Source of the DNA: Dehalococcoidia bacterium
GTDB lineage: Bacteria > Chloroflexota > Dehalococcoidia > UBA2979
DNA length: 64,000 bases
Assembly: GCA_050248355.1 (NCBI GenBank)
Contig: JBFWSN010000004.1
Span: 196,569 to 260,568 of the forward strand
Direction: 5' to 3'
This document shows positions 57,906 through 64,000 of the stretch, piece after piece. A program made the translations under genes and the position numbers. The first letter of the stretch is position 1. The number at the start of each line of letters is the position of its first letter. The notes beneath the pieces are model-generated. The model was given only the letters and a program-made list of their open reading frames with translations, searched no databases and was not told the origin of the DNA.

Positions 57906-58025
57906 CGGCTGATACTCCGTCCTCGAGTCCGGGAGCGGAAGCGTCCTCCACGGTGCGGGGAACGCTGGAGACTTGCGTTGACACTAGTGACCGGTGGCGA
58001 TCGGTCGCCCCCGCGACGGTGAAGA

Positions 58026-58658
58026 TCAAACTACTGACACAGCATCACCGTCTGGAATCGTGGTCAGGTAAAGCGAGTGCCGTCGTAGGTAGACATAGGG
58101 TGCGATGAACCACCTCCAGCCGGCGATAAGCGATCCGCACTCAAGTCGGGTCGCTTCTCCGGGGCGAAGATCGACGGCCAACACCGGGCTGCGCTCCGAC
58201 TGGAACCGAATCTGGATCTCATGGTGACCAGGATGAACCTCGAACTGTACGGCTTCACCATCGCTAGCCGACGCAGCCCAAAGCCCGTCGAGATAGATTT
58301 CCATACTTCCGAGCCGGTTCATCCACTGGCGCCTCCTCTCGATGACGACCGCACATCTCTCGGGACTCGGCGGGAGGATCACTCCACTACTGATAGTGCC
58401 TCGGATCAGACGGTGGTAGCCAGGATACGCCCCGGGGGCCCGGAAGACGGGGCTATCGCGATCAGACGATCGTATCGCCTCACGAGCGATCACCAATGCC
58501 AAACCGAGGGCGAAGAACGAAATTAACCACGCAAGCGTGACTCTCAATAGGTTCAGGTTCTCAATGCCTGTCCAACCGATAGCGAATGTGAAGGCCGCAC
58601 ACAGGACCACGACGATGGCGAGCATGACACGCATCAGACGGACGGTGAGGTCTGTCAC
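58026..58658 (-). CDS. 2-TM + beta-sandwich protein, putative immunity B
   Basis: GGAGGGGGAG RBS; clear paralogue of 60036-60659 (ERR.QW..RLG.M.I..DG...RLECG...GWR....PY..LRRHSLYLT). Confidence 0.75.
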   Translation of the reverse strand: MTDLTVRLMRVMLAIVVVLCAAFTFAIGWTGIENLNLLRVTLAWLISFFALGLALVIAREAIRSSDRDSPVFRAPGAYPGYHRLIRGTISSGVILPPSPERCAVVIERRRQWMNRLGSMEIYLDGLWAASASDGEAVQFEVHPGHHEIQIRFQSERSPVLAVDLRPGEATRLECGSLIAGWRWFIAPYVYLRRHSLYLTTIPDGDAVSVV

Positions 58659-58829
58659 TTGCTCCCCCTCCGAATCGCATTCCACGATCGAGTAGCTCGG
58701 GGGTTGTACGCCGTCTCTCTCCGAAGGCGAGGACTAGTCCACCGCCGACGAAGAGTGGCATCCCCCGCATACCGATAGCCCGCGGGAGGGAAGGCAAGAT
58801 AGCCTGCAAGTCGACTGAGAAGCATCACC

Positions 58830-59988
58830 CTAACTCACCAACTCCACGAGTACAGGCCCACAGCTTAGTGTTAGCTCTTCAGCCTGCCCCATAGCCTGGA
58901 CGGCAAACTCGAGGCCCGCGATCTCGGCGACCGCCGCAGCTCCCACTCCCGATGCTGCAACAGGGGCGGCCGTCCAGATGACGACCCCAGCGATCACTGC
59001 CAGCCTCAACTCGCATTCGGACTCGATGTACACCTCAGCGATGGCCTTCGCAAGAGGGGCGCTCCCCTCGGCGCTGGCGGCCTCGAGCTCGTAGAGAAGT
59101 TCGTATCCGTCACCTATTGCCGTACCGACCGCATCGCCGACTCCCTCGACGGTTGACTCACCGCCGTCGACTGTGCTCTGGATGGCCTGGGCGACCTGCC
59201 AGCCGCAGTCGAGCAAGTCAAGAGCGCTGCACAACCCGGACGGATCAATGAACAGGAGCGGATTACTGCCCGCGTACACGTACCGCTGGTCGAAGAGCAG
59301 CGGGTCGCGGCTGATGAAGCGGCCGAGGGTGGGGTCGTAGTAGCGGGCGCGGAGGAAGTAGTAGCCGGTGTCGCCCGTCGCCTGGTCGATCTGCTCGCCG
59401 GTGAAGAGCCAGTAGTTCGTGCTCGGGCCGGAATGCGAGGTGATCGTGCCGAACACGTCGTAGACGTAGGTGTCGGTCACGGCCCCGGCGCCGTTGGTGA
59501 GGTCGCTCACGGAGCCGACGGCGTCGTAGGAGAAGTAGCTCTGGTTGCCCGATCCGTCGGTGGCGGAGATGAGGTCGAGGCCGTAGACGTACGTCCTCGT
59601 GCCGTCCTGGAGCACGACGGGCAGGCCCGCGTTGACGTCCCAGACGTAGGTGGTCGTGGAGCCGTTGACGGTGTGGGAGCGACGCACGCCGGCGCCGTCG
59701 TAGACGGAGGAAGAGGTGGTGCTGCTGACGACGGACTGCGTGAGGCGGTTCTCGTGGTCGAAGCTGAAGCCGTCGGAGTCGCGGCTGACCTGGTTGCCGT
59801 TGTCGTCGTATCCATAGGAGACGCCGTTCACCGACGTAAGCTCGTCGGCGTCGTTGTAGGTGTACGTGTCGGTGTTCTTCGCCGTGCGGTTGCCGTTGGC
59901 GTCGTAGGTGTAGGTGTCGGTCACGGGGCCGGGGTAGGTCACCTGGGTGAGCCGGTACACGTCATCGTACTGCAGGGTGGTCGTGCCG
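58830..59988 (-). CDS. Orphan RHS cassette B (partial YD repeats + RHS core + C-terminal tip), no convincing start
   Basis: YD repeats, FTGEQ.D..TGYYFLRARYYDP.LGRFISRDP, IDPSG. Homology to cassette A begins at 59988. Confidence 0.9.
59236..59988 (-). repeat. ~750-bp high-identity direct repeat with 61193-61947
   Basis: Collinear with offset 1957-1959; most visible differences are synonymous. Confidence 0.95.
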
Positions 59989-60035
59989 AGGATTTGGGGG
60001 GGTCCGTAAGGTCGTATTGCTCGGTCGCAGACGGA

Positions 60036-60659
60036 TCAGGTCTCTGACCTGACTGGATCATCGCCGACCAGGGTCAGATAGAGCGAGTGGCGGCGAAGAG
60101 CGATATATGGTCCAAGGAGCATCCTCCAACCCGTGCCTTTGAAACCGCATTCCAGTCGCACGACTTCTCCAGGATGCAACTGGAGGTTCACTGGTGGGCT
60201 GCTCGAAGCGTCGGCGCGCACTTGGACCTCACGGCGGCCGGATTCCGCGATCAGACGTGCGGTCTCGCCGGCTCCCACGAACGCTAGCCGGATTCCGTCG
60301 ACGTGGATGTCCATGTATCCGAGTCTACCTACCCACTGATTCCTCCGCTCCACGACGATCTCTCCTCGATTCTCCAGGGCGGTTGGATTCGCCTGCACTC
60401 GAGTGCTGGACTCCTGAGGGAGTTCGGGGAGCGCGACATGAACGATTTCGCCGCGCTGAGCACCCTGACGGAGCGCCTGGCCGGCGATCAACAGGGATAT
60501 CCCGAATACGAAGATCGCGAAAAGCCATGAGACAATAAAAAGGAATGGCTCGAGGTTCACGAGGGCCGCCAGGCCAAGAAGAAACAGCAGCACCGCCGTC
60601 ACGAAAGTGAAAGCGGCGAGTTGAAGGTAGAACAGGCGACCGGCCCAGCGCTTGAGCAA
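60036..60659 (-). CDS. 2-TM + beta-sandwich protein, putative immunity A
   Basis: AAGGAGGAG RBS before TTG; paralogue of 58026-58658. Confidence 0.75.
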   Translation of the reverse strand: MLKRWAGRLFYLQLAAFTFVTAVLLFLLGLAALVNLEPFLFIVSWLFAIFVFGISLLIAGQALRQGAQRGEIVHVALPELPQESSTRVQANPTALENRGEIVVERRNQWVGRLGYMDIHVDGIRLAFVGAGETARLIAESGRREVQVRADASSSPPVNLQLHPGEVVRLECGFKGTGWRMLLGPYIALRRHSLYLTLVGDDPVRSET

Positions 60660-60774
60660 TTGCCTTCACTCCTCCTTCACGGTGGAGAGACGGGGGCACC
60701 TCGAACCCGGGTTTCCCGTGACGCGCGTCGTTGCACCGGAAGCCAGCCCGTCGCGCAAGGAAATCCGGACACGT

Positions 60775-62338
60775 CTAGCCAACTGCATCGCTCACCAATT
60801 CCACGACCACGGGGCCACACGCCATCACGAGCTCCTCGTACTGCCCAAGGACCTGCGCCTCGAGCTCAACGCCAGCGGTGATCGCGGCAGCGGTGTAAGC
60901 GCCGGCGGTCGGAGCAGCAGCGACGAAGGTCACCGTAACTACTCCCGCGATCACGGCAATTCGTACGGCGCACTCCTGCTCGACAAAGGTAGTCGCAAGG
61001 GCCGCTGAAAGATCGGCGCTCCCCTCGGCTTTGGCGGCCTCGAGCTCATAGAGGAGTTCGTAGCCACCGATGACCGCGTCACCGACTGCGTCAGCGCCCC
61101 CGGCGATTGCGCCACCTACCGCCTGAGCTCCGTTGAGTAGCGCTCCACCCGCGTTATCCGGACAGTTCCACGGTTCAGTCCAACCACAAAGACCGGACGG
61201 GTCGACAAGCAACAGGGGATTACTGCCCGCATACGCATACCGCTGGTCGAAGAGCAGGGGGTCGCGGCTGATGAAGCGGCCGAGGGCGGGGTCGTAGTAG
61301 CGGGCGCGGAGGAAGTAATAGCCCGTGTCGCCGGTGGCCCGGTCCTGCTGCTCCCCGGTGAACAGCCAGTAGTTCGTGCTCGGGCCCGAGTGCGAGGTGA
61401 TCGTGCCGAACACGTCGTAGACGTAGGTGTCGGTGACGGTGCCCGAGCCGTCGGTGAGGTCGGTGACGGAGCCGACGGCGTCGTACGAGAAGTAGGTCTG
61501 GCTGCCGGAGCCATCCGTCGCCGAGATGAGGTCGAGGCCGTAGACGTAGGTCCTCGTGCCGTCCTGGAGCACCACCGGCAGGCCGGCGTTGACGTCCCAG
61601 ACGTAGGTGGTCGTCGAGCCGTTCACGGTGTGCGAGCGGCGGACGCCGGTGCCGTAGTACTCGGAGGAAGACGTCGTCCCTCCGACCACCGACTGCGTCA
61701 GGCGGTTCTCGTGGTCGAACGTGAAGCCGTCGGTCCCCCGGCTGGTCTGGTTCCCGTTGTTGTCGTAGCCATAGGAGACGCCGTTCACGGCAGTGAGCTC
61801 ATCGGCGTCGTTGTAGGTGTATGTGTCGGTGTTCTTCGTTAGTGCGGTTGCCGTTTGCGTCGTAGCTGTAGGTGTCGGTCACGGGGGCCGGGGTAGGTCA
61901 CCTGGGTGAGCCGGTACACGTCGTCGTACTGCAGGGTGGTCGTGCCGGCGTTGTCGACGACCTGGGTGCGGTTGCCGACGTCGTCGAGCGTGTAGGTGAA
62001 GCTCGAGAAGGTACTGCCGTTGTCGTTGTCGATGGCGGTGAGGCGGTCGGCGCCGTCGTAGGTGACGGTGGCGCTGACGCCGTTGGGGTAGCTCGTGACC
62101 TCGAGCTTGCCAGCGTCGTCGTAGGTGTAGGCGGTCTGGTTGGTGAGCCAGTCGGTCACGGTGCTCATGCGGTGGTTGCCGTCGTAGGTGTAGTCGACCG
62201 TCTTCGTGTCAGGGTACGTGATCCGGGTGCGGTCGCCCACTTCGTCGTAGGTGTAGCCGACGGTGACGGAGCCAGGGGAGGTGACGCTGGTGATGCAGTT
62301 GAGCGCGTCGTAGGCGGTGGTCGTGGTGCCGGTGTCAG
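60775..62338 (-). pseudogene. RHS cassette A (longer YD run + core + tip), N-terminally truncated, two +1 frameshifts
   Basis: Extra G in the run at 61883-61887 and an extra base at ~61840 relative to cassette B; VDPSG motif; tip intact. Confidence 0.88.
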
Positions 62339-62482
62339 GCCCCGAGAATCCGCGACACCGCCTCATGCAAAACGCCGTTTGAGGTGATGCAGTGGCCGGC
62401 GTCGATGCGCGCGACGCCCTCGATGTCTGTCAGGCGGCCGCCGGCTTTTTCGACGATGGCCAGGAGGGCGGCGATGTCGGAA
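62335..62482 (-). pseudogene. C-terminal fragment of an inositol-monophosphatase/HisN-family gene
   Basis: DIAALLAIVEKAGGRLTDIEG..RIDAGHCITSNGVLHEAV matches the IMPase (W)DiAA..IV.EAGG..TD...asNG.LH motif; the 5' part is absent. Confidence 0.7.
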
Positions 62483-62511
62483 GGGGGGTGGGCGCGGGTA
62501 GGATGGGCGGC

Positions 62512-63588
62512 ATGGGGCGGCGGGCGGTGTTGTTTGTGACGCGGAAGTATCCGCCCAGCCGGGGCGGGATGGAGGAGTTCTCCTCGCGGCTCCTGGAGGG
62601 GTTTCCGGGGGCGAGCTACCGGGTGGTGCTGCGGGGGAGCCAGTGGGGGCTGCCGCTGCTGGTGGCGCGGGGGCTGGCGACGGCGATGCGGCACCGGGGG
62701 CGCATCGGCGTGGTGCACCTCGGCGACGGGTTGCTGGCGATGTTCGCGCCGCTCTTTCGCGCGGCGGCGGGGGCGCCGGTGTCGGTGACGCTGCACGGCC
62801 GCGAGGTCGAACGCGACCGGCTCGCGTACCGGGCGCTGGTGCGCCGGGGGCTGCGCTACGTCGATGGGCCGTTGATTGCGGTCAGCGCGTATACGGCGGG
62901 ACGGGCGCGGGAGCTGTTCGGGGTCTCGGCGGTGGTGGTGCACAACGGCGTCGACACCGTGCGCTTCACCGATGGCCCGCGGGCGACGGACGCCGCCGGG
63001 GCGCGGGCGCGCCTGGGGCTGACGCCGGAGGCGAAGGTCGTGGTCACGGTGGGGCGGCTGGAGCGTCGAAAGGGCGTCGCCTGGTTCATCGGGCACGTGC
63101 TGCCGGGGCTGCCCTCGGACGTCGTGTACCTCGTGGCGGGGGACGGGCCGCATCGGGAGGCGGTGGCGGAAGCGGCGGCGGGCGACGCGCGGGTGCGGCT
63201 GCTGGGGCTGTGCAGCGACGAGGCGATCGAGGACCTGTACGCGTGCGCGGACCTGTTCGTGGCGCCGAACATCCGCGTGCCTCGGGACCCCGAGGGGTAC
63301 GGCATCGCGCCCGCGGAAGCGGCCGCGGCGGGAGCACCGGTGCTGGTGGCGGACCTGCAGGGGCTGAGCGACGCCGCAGCGGAGTGCGGGGTGCCGGCGG
63401 TGGCCCCGGAGGACGTCGACGCGTGGGTGAGCGCGGTCCGGCGGGCGCTCGACGAGCCTCGATGGGCGGTGGCGCAGCGGCCGCCGCGGACGTGGGCGGC
63501 GGTGGCCGCCGACTACGCGCGGTTGTTCGAGACGTTGACGGACGTTGAACGTCGCGACCGCGCGAGGTGGGCCTCGCCGAAGACGTAG
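62512..63588 (+). CDS. Glycosyltransferase family 4
   Basis: YPP..GGMEE, VHNGVD, VGRLERRKG, EGYGIAPAEA. Confidence 0.92.
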   Translation: MGRRAVLFVTRKYPPSRGGMEEFSSRLLEGFPGASYRVVLRGSQWGLPLLVARGLATAMRHRGRIGVVHLGDGLLAMFAPLFRAAAGAPVSVTLHGREVERDRLAYRALVRRGLRYVDGPLIAVSAYTAGRARELFGVSAVVVHNGVDTVRFTDGPRATDAAGARARLGLTPEAKVVVTVGRLERRKGVAWFIGHVLPGLPSDVVYLVAGDGPHREAVAEAAAGDARVRLLGLCSDEAIEDLYACADLFVAPNIRVPRDPEGYGIAPAEAAAAGAPVLVADLQGLSDAAAECGVPAVAPEDVDAWVSAVRRALDEPRWAVAQRPPRTWAAVAADYARLFETLTDVERRDRARWASPKT

Positions 63589-64000
63589 TGGCTGCCGAGG
63601 AGGATGTCTGCGAGGACGTTCGCGGCCCTCGCCACGATCGCCGCCTGCAGCGCCTGGTCGGGGCCGACGAGGGGGCCGAGGAGGGAGACGATGATCGCCT
63701 CGCGGACGCCCGCGCCGGCGGGGGCGAAGGGCACCAGCCAGCCGGAGAAGGCGGCGAGGCCGAAGACGAAGAGCGTCACGCCCGCGTCCTCGATGCCCCA
63801 TCCGGCGACGGAGACGGCCACGAAGTGGAAGGCCAGCCCCCCGAGCGCGGCGCCGGCGACGAGCAGGAGGGCGGGGGCGACGAGCTCGCGGCGCAGCGGC
63901 GCGCGCACGGACGCCTGGTCCGCCACCCCGAGCGCGCGATGCAGGAGCCGGAACAGAAGCGGGGTGGCCCCCGGGAGCACTGCGACGCCGGTCGCGCTCA
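63513..64000 (-). CDS. Lysylphosphatidylglycerol-synthase-TM/flippase-like membrane protein (5' end outside window)
   Basis: PFAPAGAGVREA...AAIVAR; hydrophobic; convergent with GT4. Confidence 0.8.
   Translation of the reverse strand, partial: SATGVAVLPGATPLLFRLLHRALGVADQASVRAPLRRELVAPALLLVAGAALGGLAFHFVAVSVAGWGIEDAGVTLFVFGLAAFSGWLVPFAPAGAGVREAIIVSLLGPLVGPDQALQAAIVARAANVLADILLGSHYVFGEAHLARSRRSTSVNVSNNRA

Noticed and set aside
63513-63588. 76-bp 3' overlap of convergent GT4 and flippase-like genes
   Set aside because: Stop-poor high-GC tails commonly overlap; no evidence of function.
1-64000. CRISPR array, cas genes, rRNA, tRNA, transposase or integrase
   Set aside because: No regularly spaced short repeats or recognisable motifs seen. 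The only tRNA-like sequence is the tmRNA.

Overview
A high-GC bacterial chromosomal window, probably Chloroflexota, class Dehalococcoidia-like. This placement is an inference from the tmRNA tag (A)GERKLALAA, DapL lysine synthesis and archaeal-type ApgM. Most of it is housekeeping: the end of an rsbT/rsbX stressosome-type cluster, class II ribonucleotide reductase nrdJ with tandem NrdR-like boxes, a yybP-ykoY riboswitch plus Mn exporter, ssrA-smpB-ctpA, korAB, a xanthine-dehydrogenase-family operon, hflX-dapL-dapF-miaA-tpiA-apgM-pgk, and guaA-purD-purB-purC-purS. Three accessory patches stand out. (1) ~6.45-10.1 kb holds a vapBC module between two copies of the 5' end of a stand-alone DnaD-domain gene, plus an unannotated 48-aa basic protein. 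(2) ~15.3-17.8 kb holds a charge-poor 504-aa protein with a possible two-hairpin pore-forming topology, next to an orphan LuxR regulator. (3) ~57.1-62.5 kb holds a tandem array of N-terminally truncated RHS cassettes. Their C-terminal tips are diverged paralogues of one unrecognised acidic/hydrophobic family, each followed by a paralogous 2-TM + beta-domain gene; this is a candidate new toxin-immunity system. No CRISPR array, rRNA, tRNA or transposase was seen. Start codons were refined by eye, and family calls come from motif recognition, not database searches.
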